A DNA stretch of 64,000 bases, taken from the human T2T-CHM13v2.0 reference genome, Homo sapiens. A model generated the notes under the pieces. It worked only from the letters and a program-made list of their open reading frames with translations. It was not told the DNA's origin and did not search any database. Each line of letters begins with the position of its first letter. Position 1 is the stretch's first letter. Shown in pieces: positions 16,480 to 31,121 of the stretch. The translations under genes and the position numbers were made by a program. The stretch is from the NCBI RefSeq assembly GCF_009914755.1, contig NC_060933.1; one strand, 5' to 3'.

Positions 16480-16796
16480 TTTCTTTTTTCTTTTCTTTTT
16501 TTTTTTTTTTTTTTTTTTTGAGACAGGGTCTCACTCAGTCACCCAGGCTGGAGTGCAGTGGCACAATCTTGGCTGCCACCTCTGCCTCCCGGGTTCAAGC
16601 AATTCTCATGCCTCAGCCACTCGAGTAGCTGGGATTAGAGGCATGTGCCACCATGCTCGGCTAATTTTGGTATTTTTAGTAGAGACAGGGTTTCGCCATG
16701 TTGGCAAGTCTGGTCTCAAACTCCTGGCTTCATGTATCTGCCCACCTCAGCTTCCCAAAGTGCTGGGATTACAAGCATGAGCCGCTGCACCTGGCC
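16480..16796 (-). mobile_element. Alu
   Basis: Long poly-T followed by antisense consensus. Confidence 0.92.
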
Positions 16797-16991
16797 TCTA
16801 TTTCTTCTTATGTCACTATTCATAAGATTTTTTTTCCTATGAATGTATCTGTTTTATCTATGTTTCCAAATGTATTGCCATAAAGTTGTTTGTAATATTT
16901 TTCCTATCCTTGTAATCTGTTATATTTATGTTACTATATTTATTATCAAAATGTGTTTCATCCTCTTTTTCATTTCAAATATGTCAATCTG

Positions 16992-17108
16992 TTCTTTCTT
17001 TCCTTTCTTTCTTCCTCCCTTTTTCTCTTCTTCCCTCCCTCCCTCCTTCTCTCTCTTTCCCTCTCTCTCTCTTTCTTTCTTCTTTTCTTTTCTTCCTCTC
17101 TCTCTCTC

Positions 17109-17110
<2 letters not shown>
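16992..17110. repeat. CT-rich low-complexity tract (extended Alu tail)
   Basis: Nearly pure pyrimidine run of ~120 bp. Confidence 0.9.
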
Positions 17111-17417
<307 letters not shown>

Positions 17418-17883
17418 TAATTGATCAATATTGCTAGAGATTTGTCGGTTTATTAATTTTGCCAAGGAATCCACTTTTGCTCTACCCAAGCTCTGTTAAC
17501 TATTCCATTGGTTTCTGTTCTCTCTCCAGCTACTCTTTGAGTTTAGTAATTTTTTAACCTAGGTCAGCGGCTTAGATCATTAATTTTCAACTGTTCTTCT
17601 TTTGAGATTTATTTTTCACTGAATACCATTTATGTTCCTTCAATGTGTGACTCCTTTCAATTAAAAAATCAAAGTAGATGATGTTGGAGTGACCCCAGGA
17701 AGATGACTAGCTAGAGGCCTCTAGTCAGCTCTCCCTTCCACAAAGACGGCCAAACAGTGAATAAACAACTATATTTAAATGAAAATAAATACAGGAGTGA
17801 GTCCTGGAGTTCATCAAAGGAGTAACAGAAACCCTGGTGAGCAAAGAAACTCTGGATAGCCACATAGAAAACGGAAGGAAACA

Positions 17884-18138
17884 ATCCCAGCACTTTGGGA
17901 GGCTGAGGCGGGCGGATCACCTGAGGTCAGGAGTTCCAGACCAGCCTGGCCAATATGGAGAAACCCTGTCTCTACTAAAAATACAAAAATTAGTCAGGGG
18001 TGGTGGTGCATGTCTGTAATTCCAGCTACTTGCACCCAGGAGGCGAAGTTTGCATGAGCTGAGATTGTGCCACTGCACTCCAGCCTGGGTGACAGAGCGA
18101 GACTCTATCTCAAAAGAAAAAGAAAAAGAAAAGAAAAA
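17884..18138 (+). mobile_element. 5'-truncated Alu nested in the L1 5' region
   Basis: Starts at atcccagcactttgggagg; TSD ggaaggaaacaa on both sides. Confidence 0.9.
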
Positions 18139-18662
18139 GGAAGGAAACAACAGGACTCCACTGCCCATCCTCCAGCCAGAGTCAGCCAGGAACCAGGAGG
18201 AACGTCTTCCTACAGCGAAAAGGTAGAAAAGAGGATTCCAGCAGCTCCCACCACCCTTTGGACACCTGCTCACCACTGGGGTCCTCACAGGCCCTATGCC
18301 CATGCAGAGAGCTGTCTAGTATCTACACAGCTGTGCTCCCCTAGAGAAGGAGGTGACACAGTACCCTGCCACTGTGGCCAGCCGGCTGCTGTATGACACC
18401 ATCTTGAAGCTGGAGCTACCGCTGGAGTGTGCCTTGCTTTTGGGGGAAAGTCACAACAAATTTTAAAGAATTGATATCATATCAAGTACCTTTTGTGACC
18501 ACAATGGCATAAAACTAGAAATCAATAACAAGAGGAACTTTTGAAACTGTACAAATACATGCAGATTAAACAACATGCTCCTGAATGACCAATGGGTCAA
18601 TGAAGAAATTAAGGAGGAAATTAAAAAATTTCTTGAAACAAAGGAAAATAGAAACACACACT

Positions 18663-19068
18663 CTTCAATTAAGTTTAGCCTAAGGCTGCCATCTTACATA
18701 TTTTAAGTTTGGCCTAAAGGTTGCTTTATACACAGTAAGCTGTAATCTAACTAGATGCGTAAACAGACTGTAACTTATTTTTGTACCTATCACCAAGTTT
18801 TGGCCAACTAAGGCAGCCAACTGTTCAAACCGTATTCAAATAAGGCAAATGCCAAGCTATAATCAATCCAGTTGTTTTTGTACCTCGTTTCCATCTTCTG
18901 TATGTCACATCATTTTCCTTTTTCTGTCTACAAATCCACTCCACCCACTTGGCAGCGCTGGTGTCATTCTGAGCCTGTTCTGGTTTGGGGGGCTGCCCAA
19001 TTCATGAATTGTTCTTTGCTTAATTAAAGTCTGCTGAATTTAATTTGTCTAAAGTTTTTCTTTTAACA
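18663..19068 (+). mobile_element. ERV1 solo LTR, MER57-like, nested in L1 ORF2
   Basis: aattaagtttagcctaaggctgcc...ctgttcaaaccgtattcaaataaggcaaa...aaagtttttcttttaaca matches my recollection of the MER57 consensus. Confidence 0.75.
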
Positions 19069-19252
19069 ATCCCAAAGCCTACAGGGTACAGCAAATGCAG
19101 TATTAAAAGGGAAGTTTATAGTGATAAACACCAACATCAAAAAAAGTAGGAAGATTTCAAATAACCTAATGATGCATTTCAAGGAACTAGAAAAGCAAAA
19201 ACTAACCCAACCCCACATGAGTACAAGAAAATAAATAATAAAGATCAGAGCA

Positions 19253-19600
<348 letters not shown>

Positions 19601-19984
19601 CTAAAAGAAAAATACAAAGATCAACAAAATTAAGTCAGTTTTTAACAAAATCAATTAGCTTGATTAACAAGAAAAAAACAGAAAAGACCCAAATAAATCA
19701 GCAACAAAAAAGGACACATTACAACTGGTACCACAGATATACAAAGGCTCATTAGAGACTATTATGAACAACTATGCACCAACAAACTGGAAAATCTAAC
19801 AGAAATGAATAAATTCCTGGACACATACAACCTACCAAGATAGAATCAGAAGAAATAGTAAAACTGAACAAACCAATTATGAGTGACAAGATTGAATCAG
19901 TAATAAAAAGTCTCCCATCACAGAAAAGCCCAGGACTTGATGGCTTCACTGCTGAATTCTACCAGACATTTAAAGAAGAGCTAA

Positions 19985-20029
19985 CTGATAGTAATGGCCA
20001 AAACCACAATTCCTTTTGCACCAACCTAA
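19985..20029. mobile_element. Half-MADE1 (Hsmar1/mariner TIR remnant) in L1 ORF2
   Basis: aatggccaaaaccacaattccttttgcaccaacctaa compared with the MADE1 arm AATGGCAAAAACCGCAATTACTTTTGCACCAACCTAA, followed by TA. Confidence 0.85.
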
Positions 20030-20239
20030 TACCATTTCTTCTCAAACTTTTCTACAAAATAGAAGAGGAGGTAATTCATCCAAATGCATTCTATGAGGCC
20101 AGCATTACTCTAATACCAAGGCCAGACAAAGATACAGCAAAAAAAGAAAACTATAGGCCAACATCCTTGATGGACACAGAAGCAAAAATCCTCGACAAAA
20201 TACTAACAAACTGAATCCAGCAGCACATTAAAAAGATCA

Positions 20240-20578
<339 letters not shown>

Positions 20579-20732
20579 TCAGGGATGCAAAGATGGTTCG
20601 ATATATGCAAATCAATAAATGCAATAGATCACACCAACAGAATGAAAGACAGAAACCACACGATCATCTTAATAGATGCAGAAAAATCATTTGATAAAAT
20701 TCAACATCCCTTCTTGATAAAAACCCTTAACA

Positions 20733-20885
20733 AGCTGGGGACAGTGGTGCACACCTGTAGCCCCAGCTACTCGGGAGGCTGAGGTGGGAGGATCACTTGA
20801 GCCCTGGAGTTCAAGACCAGCATGGCCAACATAGCAAGATGAGACCCTGTCTCTAAAATAAACAAGCAAAACAACAACAACAAAA
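20733..20885 (+). mobile_element. Alu monomer (FLAM-like) nested in L1
   Basis: Single arm; TSD aaaaccct(t/c)aac. Confidence 0.82.
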
Positions 20886-21357
20886 CCCTCAACGAACAAT
20901 GTATAGAAGGAGTATATACCTTAACACAATAAAGCTCATATATATGGCAAACCGATATCTAACTTTATACTGAATAGGAAAAAGTTGAAAGCTTTTCCTC
21001 TAATAACTGGAATAAAACAAGTATGCCCACTCTCATCGCTCTTATTCAATACATTACTGTAAGTCCTTGCCAGAGCAATTAGACACAAAAAAGAAATAAA
21101 GGTCATCCAAATTGGAAAGGAGGAAGTCAAATTATCCCTGTTTGCAGATAGCATGATTTTGCATATAGGAAACCCTAAAATGCTCTACCAAAAAACTCTT
21201 TGAACTGATAAACACATTTAATAAAGTTGCAAAAGACAAAATTAACATACAAAAAATTAGTAGCATTTCTATACACCAAGAATAAACTGGTGGAAAAAGA
21301 AATCAAGAAAGCAATCCCAATTACCATTGTTACAAAACAATACCTAAGAATAAATTT

Positions 21358-21648
<291 letters not shown>

Positions 21649-23504
21649 TCCTAAGAATAAATTTAACCAAGGAAGTAAAAGGTCTCTACAAGGAAAGCTA
21701 TAAAACACTGGTGAAAGAAATTAAAGAGGTCATACACACAAAAATTGGAAAGACATTCCATGTTCATGGATTGGAAGAATTAATATTGTGAAAGTGACCA
21801 TACTACCAAAAGCAATCTACAGATTCAACATAATCCCTATCAAAATACCAATGAAATTCTTCACAGAAATAGAAAAAAAAAACTTAAAATTTATATGAAC
21901 TATGGAACATTCCAAATAGCCAAAACAATTTTGAGCAAAAAGAACAAAGCTGGAGGCATCAAATATACTACAAAGCTATAGTAACCAAAATAGTATGGTA
22001 CTGTCATAAAAACAGACACATAGACCAGTGGAACAGAATAGAAATCCATAAATAAGTCCATGTATTTATAGCCACTGACTTTTGACAAAGGTGCTAAGAA
22101 CATTCAGTGGAGAAGGGGCAGTCTCTTCAATAAATGGAGCTGGGAAAACTGGATATATCTGCATGCAGAAAAATGAAACTAGATCTCTATCTCTCCTCAT
22201 AGACAAAAATCAAATCAAAATAGATTGAAGACTTAAACAAAAGGCCCAAACCTATAAAACTACTAAAAGAAAACATGAGGAAACACTTCAGGACATTGGT
22301 CTGGGCAAATATTTTTTTGGTAAGAGCTTAAAGGACAGGCAACAAAAACAAAAATAGACAAATGGGGCTTACATCAAGCTAAAAAGCTTCTGCATAGCGA
22401 AGGAAACAACAGAGTGAAGAGACAACCTATGGAATCAAAGGAAGTATTTGTAAACTATCCATCCAGACAGAGATTAGCAGTCAGAATACACAGGAACTCA
22501 ATAGCAAAGCCAATTAAAAAATGGGCAAATGATCTGAATAAACATTTCTCAAAAGAAGATATACGAATGGCCAACAGGCATATGAAAATAAATGTTCAAC
22601 ATCACAAATATCATGGAAATGCAAATTAAAACCACAATTAGATATCATCTCACCCCAGTTAAAATAGCTATTAGCAAAAATTGAAAAAAAAAAGATGCTG
22701 GTGAAGATGTGGAGAAAGTGGAATGCTAGTACTTTGTTAGCGGGGCTGTAAATTAGTGCAGCTACTTCGGAAAACAGTATGGAGGTTCTGCAAAAACTAA
22801 AAATAGATCTGTCATGTGATCCCACAATTCCACTGTGGGATGTGTATCAAAAAGAAAGAAACTTAGTATATCTAAGAGATACCTGCATGCCCATGTTTAC
22901 TGCAGCACTACTCACAATAGCCAAGATATGGAATCAACCTAAGTGTCCATCCACGAATTAATGGATAAAGAAAATGTGGTATATATACACAATGAAGTAC
23001 TATTCAGCCATAAAAAGAATGAAATTCTGTCATTTACAGTAACACAGATGAAACCAGAGGTCATTATGGTAAGTGAAATAAGCCAGGCACAGAAAGAAAA
23101 ATATGGCATGTTCTCACTCATATGTGGGAGCTAAAAAAGTTGATCTCATGGAGGTAGAGAGTGGAATGATGGTTACCAGAGGCTGGGAGGGGCCAGGGGA
23201 GGTGAAGAGAGGTTGGTTACTGGGCAAGAAAATACAGTTAGATAGAAGGAATAAGTTCCAGTGTTTGATAGCACAGTAGGGGGACTATGGTTAACAATAA
23301 TTTATTGCATATTTCAAAATAGCCAGAAGAGATTTGAAATGTTCCCAAAATAAAGAAATGATAGATGTTTAAGGTGACGGACATCTTAAATATCCTAACA
23401 TGATCATCGCACGTTATATGCATGTACCGAAATATCACATGTACCCTCATGAATATGTACCATTATTATCTACCAATAAAAAATCAAAATCATTAACTTT
23501 TTAA

Positions 23505-23799
<295 letters not shown>

Positions 23800-23809
23800 A
23801 ACTTTTTAA

Positions 23810-24140
23810 TTGTTTATGCCTTTTGGATCAGCAATTCCATTTCTATGAATTTTCCCCAAGGAAATGATCAAAACATATGCAAAAACAAATACAAATGCAT
23901 ATGTGTGTGTATATATATGAATGCTAGTTGTTGCATTGTAATAGAAAAAACAGGAAACACATGTCTGCTAACAGAGGGTATTTAAATACATTATAATACA
24001 TCTGGACAGTCTCATGCTATGCAAACACCTAGTGAGCTGTATCTTTATGCAGTGATAGGGAAAGATGTCCATAATATTTTATTAAGTGAAAAAGCAAGTT
24101 ACAGAAGGATATATGCAAGATTTTATTTGTCGTTAAAAAT
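23810..24140 (+). mobile_element. Old L1M 3' fragment
   Basis: cagcaattccatttcta...agatgtccataatattttattaagtgaaaaagcaagttaca. Confidence 0.6.
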
Positions 24141-24899
24141 CTCCATGTTTTAAAACCCACTGGAAGATGAGTCCCAGCCACACCACTGCAAGGCTTCCTT
24201 AATTGGTCCAATCATCTATTTATTAGAGTGAGTGCAATACAGTTCCTGCCCGCATGGGGGGAAACAGGCTGGGAGGAGGGCCAGGGGCAAGTAAGTGCTA
24301 GGAGGGGAAATGGGAGGGGGCTGGGCGGGCACTGTGGGGAGGGGCAGGGGTTCCCAAGGCAACGTCGAAATCTCCAAATACAGTGGGCCTGACGGGGATG
24401 ACAGAGAGGCTGAAGAGACAGAGCCGTCCTGCACAGTCCAGGCACCACCCTGCCCTGCCACTGCCTGGCGGGCATCTTGAGCTCCAGACCCTTAGCCTCT
24501 CCGGGCCCCCCAGTTTTTTCCGGGTAAGAGACTCGAACTGATGCTCTCTAAGGATTCTTCAAGCTCTGAAATTCTCTGCTGACATTTGCCAGCAGCAAGG
24601 TTGACTCGAATCTGAAACCTCTGGGGAAAGTGGGGGCCTCTCCCAGAATGGAACCCTCTCTGAACACTTTCCCGGGAGGGACCTTAGACTGTGCTGCCTG
24701 TTGCCAGCGTCGCAGGCAGGAGGAGCGCAGTCACTATGGGTGGGGTGAGTGCATGGGGGAGGGAGTGAAAGAGCAAATGTCCAAGGAAGGGCATAAGAGA
24801 AGGGCTCCAGCAAGAATGCAAAGGAAGATTTGTCTAAAATGGCTTTTCAAGGCGGTCATGAGCTTGCCTCTAACCCAGCAAAGCGTGTGGAAGAAACAT

Positions 24900-25350
24900 C
24901 GGCAGTGAGGGCTCCCATCTCTCATTTCTCAAAGAGCCGAGACTTTCAGCGAGGCCACTTGCCATTCCTGGTAGGTAATCAGATCGCTGTTAATTAATAA
25001 AGCTGTCAGGTGGCTCGTCCTCTCTGGTCATTAGTATCCTTTCAGAAAGAGAATCCTGCCATCACCGCCTTGTCCGCCCCTCCGCTTGCCAGCAATTAAC
25101 TTAATGCTATGCAAATGAGAGGCTCTTCTCATCATTAGCTTATAGCCACGAATGTTAATCGCATAATTGGGTCTTCAACAGGGTAATTAGACACGATTTC
25201 CTCCATTAGTCTTACAAGGCTAATTATTGTTGAGCGGAGAGGGGGACTGCTCCCAGGGCTCCAGGCGAAGAGGGGCATCTGGTTAAAGCGAATTCGGGCG
25301 CATCGTCCGCCAGGTAAAAACAGCAGTCGCGATCCATTGTCACAGCCCAC
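24900..25350. promoter_or_regulatory. Candidate conserved developmental enhancer
   Basis: TTAATTAAT 24990, CTGTCA 25003, CAATTA 25093, octamer ATGCAAAT 25109, TAATTG 25164, TAATTA 25184, CATTGT 25335; repeat-free. Confidence 0.55.
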
Positions 25351-25990
25351 TGTCCCCACCCATCGTGGGGACCGGGCTAGGGAGGGAAACGGAACCAGGG
25401 GAAGGCCTGGGGGGGTCACACTCGTGCCCCTTGCCTGGGTCCTGGGATGCAGACAACGTGGCATTTAAAAGTGAAAGCGGAAACAAACAGCAGCCCCGCC
25501 AGCCCGGGCCCGGAGGCCCAGCCCCGCGCCAAGGGCCACCCCTCGGCGCGCTCAGCTTCCCTGGGCCTCTGCTGCTTCCTCAGTGCCATGAGGACCGCGC
25601 TCGATGGCGTCCAGGGGCCTCTGGGTTTGACTTTCATGGCTATGAATCTCGGAATGAATAAAGAGCCCAGAACGCTGGCTGGGGTAGGGGGTGGGGCAGG
25701 GGCGAGGGGACACCCTGTGGAGGAGCGGGCTGGGAGCGCGGGGGATGCCCCTCGCCCTGCACGCGCGCCCTGCCCCTGGCTGTAACCTGAGCAGCCCGCG
25801 TGAGGGTCAGTGGTGACTTCCGGGATTGAATTGGCTGGGAAGCCGGTCCCATTTCAACAGAGACCTGGGGCAGCGCGGTGGGCAGCGGGCTGGGCCGAGA
25901 TCGAGACCGGGACAAGGCAGGGAAGAGCGGGATGGGTCGGCCCCTTCAAGGGGAGCCCTGGGGCGCAGTGTGGGGCGGTCTTGCTCCCTG
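25270..25990. promoter_or_regulatory. Intragenic (orphan) CpG island-like segment
   Basis: High GC with many CpGs (e.g. gcgaattcgggcgcatcgtccgcc, ctcggcgcgc, cacgcgcgcc), far from any exon. Confidence 0.65.
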
Positions 25991-26289
25991 TTGACCCCCA
26001 TTCCCCCTCCCCTGGATCCAGGAACCCAGTGGGCTCTGGAAGCAGCTGCTGAGTGCACGGCAGACCCCCTGGCATGGGGTTACACCTTCTCTCAGGCCCA
26101 GCGGTGTGGGCCTCCCCAGTCAGGGAGATGCTTCCCCCATCTCATCTCAGTGGGGAGGGAGCAGCTGGTGGCCTCGGCAAACGCAGCACAGGAGATGGGA
26201 GGGTCTGGCTGAGCAGGGGGCCTCAGGAGGCCTCTGGGAAGCCAGCAGGGCAGGTGTGGACTTAGTGCCAGGGTGACCTGAAGACTCTG

Positions 26290-26500
26290 CGCTCAGCGGC
26301 TCAGAGCACAGGAGTCCAGGGACTCCGTCTCAGTCCGAGTCCGTCTCCACTGCCATGATGTGCTGTGTGATGAGGGCAAGACACTCAGCCTCTTGGAGCC
26401 TCAGTTTCCTCAGCTGAAAGGTTCGGGTGATGCACCCTTTCCTGGTCTTGCTGGAAGGACTAGGAGGGAAGAGGTAGGCCAGGTGCACAGCCCAGGGCCT
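26290..26500 (+). mobile_element. MIR fragment
   Basis: gctgtgtgatgagggcaagacactcagcctcttggagcctcagtttcctca (MIR core). Confidence 0.65.
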
Positions 26501-27026
26501 GGCCCTCCTGCCCACAGGAGACAAGAGACTATGGAGGAAAGTGCTATGGCAGATGGTGGTCAGGCTTACACTGTGAGAATTATGTCCCTGTCAACAGAAC
26601 GGGCCAGGAATCATGCACATGGCAGCCCTCTCTGGATGTTTTTACGAGATTCTGTTTATGAAAATGTGTCGCCTTCCCTGGATCGTACAATCCTCCATCT
26701 TTATATGCTTAAGCCCCTACCACAGGCTCTCAATAAGGCCATTAAGGGGTCCTTCATGGACTGAAAGGGCGCCTCTTGTAAAGAAACAAACCCCAAGGTG
26801 TCACTTGATTGAAATGTGAAGGCAGAATGAAGGTAAGCTGGAGAGTACTGGGTCTCCATCCATCTAGAATGTTCTGACTGCAATTCCCTTCAAAAGGCTC
26901 AAGGCTCCCACCTTGTTATGGCGGTGTGGCTCCATTATGAATGGCCAGGGCCATTGACAAGCAGCGTCGTGTGGTGTGAGGTCACCAGAGGGGAAAGGCT
27001 AGGACGGAGCTTCCTTTCAGAGCCTG

Positions 27027-27383
27027 TGTATCAGTCTGTTTTCACGCTGCTAATAAAAACACACCTGAGACTGGGTAATTTATACAGGAAAGAGGATTAA
27101 TGGACTGACAGTTCCACATGGCTGGGGAGGCCTCACAATCATGGCGTAAGGCAAGGAGGAGCAAGTCACATCTTATATGGATGGCAGCAGGCAAAGCGAG
27201 AGAACTTGTGCAGGGGAACTCCCCCTTAAAAAAACCATCAGATCTCATGAGACTTATTCACTATCACAACAACAGCATGGGAAGGACCTGCCCCCATGAT
27301 TCAATTACCTCCCACCAGGTCCCTCCCACAACACGTGGGAATTCAAGATGAGATTTGGGTGGGGACACAGCCAAACCATATCA
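27027..27383 (-). mobile_element. THE1-type MaLR solo LTR
   Basis: tgtatcagtctgttttcacgctgctaataaa...gagatttgggtggggacacagccaaaccatatca. Confidence 0.92.
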
Positions 27384-27508
27384 CCCCAGAATGCTCCTGC
27401 CACCACCATCAATGAGAGGAGTTGCTCTTTGAGAGCTCACTGGGTGTTAGACTCTGGTGATTCCCAAATTTTTCTTCCTGAACTACCAGACTCATAGCCC
27501 GCTGCAGA

Positions 27509-27870
27509 TGTTGTTAGGGTTGAATTGTGTTCCACAAAATTCACCTGTGAAGCCCTCACCCCCAGAACCTCAGAAGGTGACTGTATTTGAACACAGGGCC
27601 TTTAAAGAGGTGGTTAAGTTAAAAGGGCCCTAAAAGGTGGGCCCCAATCCAATCTGACTGGAGTCCTTCTAAGAGGAGGAAATGTGGACACGCAGAGAGG
27701 CACCCAGGGCACACGTGCCATGTGAGGATGCAGTGAGAGGCCTCAGAAGAAACCAAACCTGCTGGCACCTTGATCTTGGGCTTCCAGCCTCCAGGACTCT
27801 GAAGAAATAAACTTCTGTTAAGATACCTCATCTATGGTACATTGCTGTGGCAGCCCCAGCAAACCAGTAG
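27509..27870 (+). mobile_element. MLT1 (A/B-like) MaLR LTR
   Basis: gggttgaattgtgttcc...gaggcctcagaagaaaccaaacctgctggcaccttgatcttgg...gcagccccagcaaac. Confidence 0.85.
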
Positions 27871-28845
27871 ATTTCTAAGAGGCATCTCAAGCTTATCATG
27901 CCCAAAACTGAGCTAGTGGTCCCTCCTCAACCCCATTCCTCCAGCCTCCTCCTCTGGTCATCACAAGGCCAGTCCATTCTTCCTGCTGCCCCAGCAAGCA
28001 CCTGAGCTCTCTGCAACGCCTCTCTCTCTCACATGTCCTACATCCAGTGTGATAGCAAATCAATGGTACCAATTCTACCTTCAAAAGACTTCTCACCACC
28101 TCCACAGCTACCACCCTGGTCCAGGCCTCTGGCACCTCTCACCTGGATTACTGCCAACAGCCCTATACCTGGCCTCCCAGCTGCTACCTTGTCCCCCTGC
28201 CTACAGCCCTTTCTCCACCCACTAGGTATCTTTTTACAACATCAGCGGGATCCCATCTGTCATTTGCTCAAGCCCCACACAGTGGCTCCCACATCACTCC
28301 AAGGAAAAGCCGAATTCCTTCAAGGTCTATGGTCTCCTGTGACCTCTGACACCTCACCTGCGAGTCTCTCCCTGATCTATGGCCAATGGCCTCCTTGATG
28401 TTGCTCAGAGTTGCCAGGCACATTCCTAACTCAGGGCCTTTGCACTGTAGTTCCAGGCCTGGACCACTCTTCCCTACATCTGTCCATGGCTCATTCCCTC
28501 ACTCCATATAAGCCTCTGCTCAAGCATCATCAGAAAGGCCTTCCCTGATGGCCCTCTATAAACATACCACCCTGTCCTCTCCAGCCTTCCTGGATGGCCC
28601 TCTATAAACACACCACCCTGTCCTCTCCCTTCCAGCTGCCCGTCTTCCCTATTCCCCTTTATCCTGTTTTATTCTCCATAGCACACAACATATTATGCAT
28701 CTGGTGTTTATAGACTTTCTCACTCCAACCAGAATGTAAGACACCTGAAGCGTCTTAGGTTTTGTTTCCTTTTGAGTCCCAAGAACTCAAGTAGTGCCTG
28801 CATGCAATCGATGTTCCACAAATATTTGTTGCCTAACTGAATAAA
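27871..28845 (+). mobile_element. L2 3' region
   Basis: ggcatctcaagcttatcatgcccaaaactga, ctcagggcctttgcact, ending aatatttgttgcctaactgaataaa. Confidence 0.8.
28538..28628. repeat. 46-bp tandem duplication within L2
   Basis: gccttcc(ct/tg)gatggccctctataaaca(t/c)accaccctgtcctctcc x2. Confidence 0.92.
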
Positions 28846-28849
28846 GTCA

Positions 28850-28990
28850 TTGCCATGTTACATGGGAGGAAACCATAGTTCAGAGTGACAAATACCCTGA
28901 CCAGCATCACACAGCCCATAGATGGCAAAGCCAGGATTCCAACCCAGTTGCTGACTTCAGAACCTCTTTCTTAACCACTGTCCTATTATG
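28850..28990 (-). mobile_element. MIR fragment
   Basis: gaggaaac...cacacagcccatagatggcaaagccaggattccaaccca...cttaaccact. Confidence 0.6.
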
Positions 28991-30481
28991 CTGCTTCCCA
29001 TCACGAGAAAAATATGTAAAGTCTTATGGAGGTGCAGGGCAAGAAGAGGCATCAGGGGAGGCTTCCTGGAGCAGGTGGCATTTGAGCTAAGACTTGTAAA
29101 AAGATAAGATTTGTATGAAATCCCATGGTGTTCTGAAAGAAGAAACACCATGAGTAAAAACTCCGTGTTTAGGAAACAGGAAGTGGGTAGGTGTGCTAAG
29201 GTGTAGGGGGGAGACGGGAGTGGTAGATAGGAAAGAGAGGAAGCATGGGGCCCCCCTCTTCCCTTGGCTTCTGGATGCTCCCCATTTCTCCTTCTCCCCA
29301 CTCCACCTTCTACTCTGGGAGGGGCTCCTGGCCTGGCAGACCTTATTGGGATGCATGAAGCCTTGCCCTATGACCTAGAATCCACGCTCCTGAGACAGGC
29401 CCAGGAGAGAAAAGGAGGCACAATGCCAGCGCCCCTGGATGGACACTGTCTCGTGGCCAGAATGGGGTGGGGGTGGCTCTGACCCTCCTGCTCATGGGGG
29501 GGTTGGGGGTGGTCTGGAATCTGCAGAAATCTCAAAGCCAACAAGGAGGCGATGCCTGGAGTCTTACAATCTCATAAAAAGTAAGGCTGCACTTCTATTT
29601 GTGGAAGACTTTTCTTAAAAGTTTTTTTATATATTAAATAATTTCTGTGATATTTAGGAAGAAGAGCTTCAAGCTTTTAGACATCTGCCACCTGAATCTG
29701 GCAGAGGCTCAAGCTTTTAAAGCACAGTGCCGGGTTCAGCAGTTCAGCACTTTAGTTATGCCTGTAAGGAAGATGGAAAATTGAAGTACACTCTGATGTC
29801 TCCCGAAGTCCCCTATGGGTAAAGAAAAACAAATATGATTTCTCCAAGTCATCTTGGTGTCTCTGTCCTCTTGCCTTTCTCTGGGAAATAAATTTAAGTG
29901 AACGGTCGAGCATCGCGCCTGCCAAAAATGGGGGCGTCTCCATCAGAGCTCGATTCAAATGCCAACTACCCCGGGCTCTGTTCTGTTAAAGGTCACCTGT
30001 CATTGTCCACCCGAGGCATGGAGATTGCTTTGGAGCTCTGATTTCCATGGCGGGGAAGGCATGCTTATCTTCTCCAATGTCTTATTCACCGCTGGCTTAG
30101 GCCGAACTGTTACCGGTTGAGTACAACCCACTGGGCCCCTAATAAGAGCTTGGAATCCACAGGAGGGAAAGAAATTGAGATGCGCTTTGCCAATGAAGAG
30201 TTGTAAACCTTAAAGGTAGGCAAAGAGAAGTCTTTTCAGGAGGGGAAATTTCCTGCCTGTGAAGGTTCTCAGACACTACAGCAGGAAATGGAGAACAGTC
30301 ATCCCTTTGTCTCCAAAGGACATGTTTACCCAGAATGCTGTGCTGAGAGCAGGGGATGGCAAAGGACCCTGGAAACCTCTCCCTGACCTCCAAGAGTCAG
30401 CAGGAAAGTTGAACCAGCAATGCAGGCTGGACTGGGGGGATCTTAGAAAGCTCTTAGGAAAAAATGTTAAGTGGTAAATAA

Positions 30482-31121
<640 letters not shown>

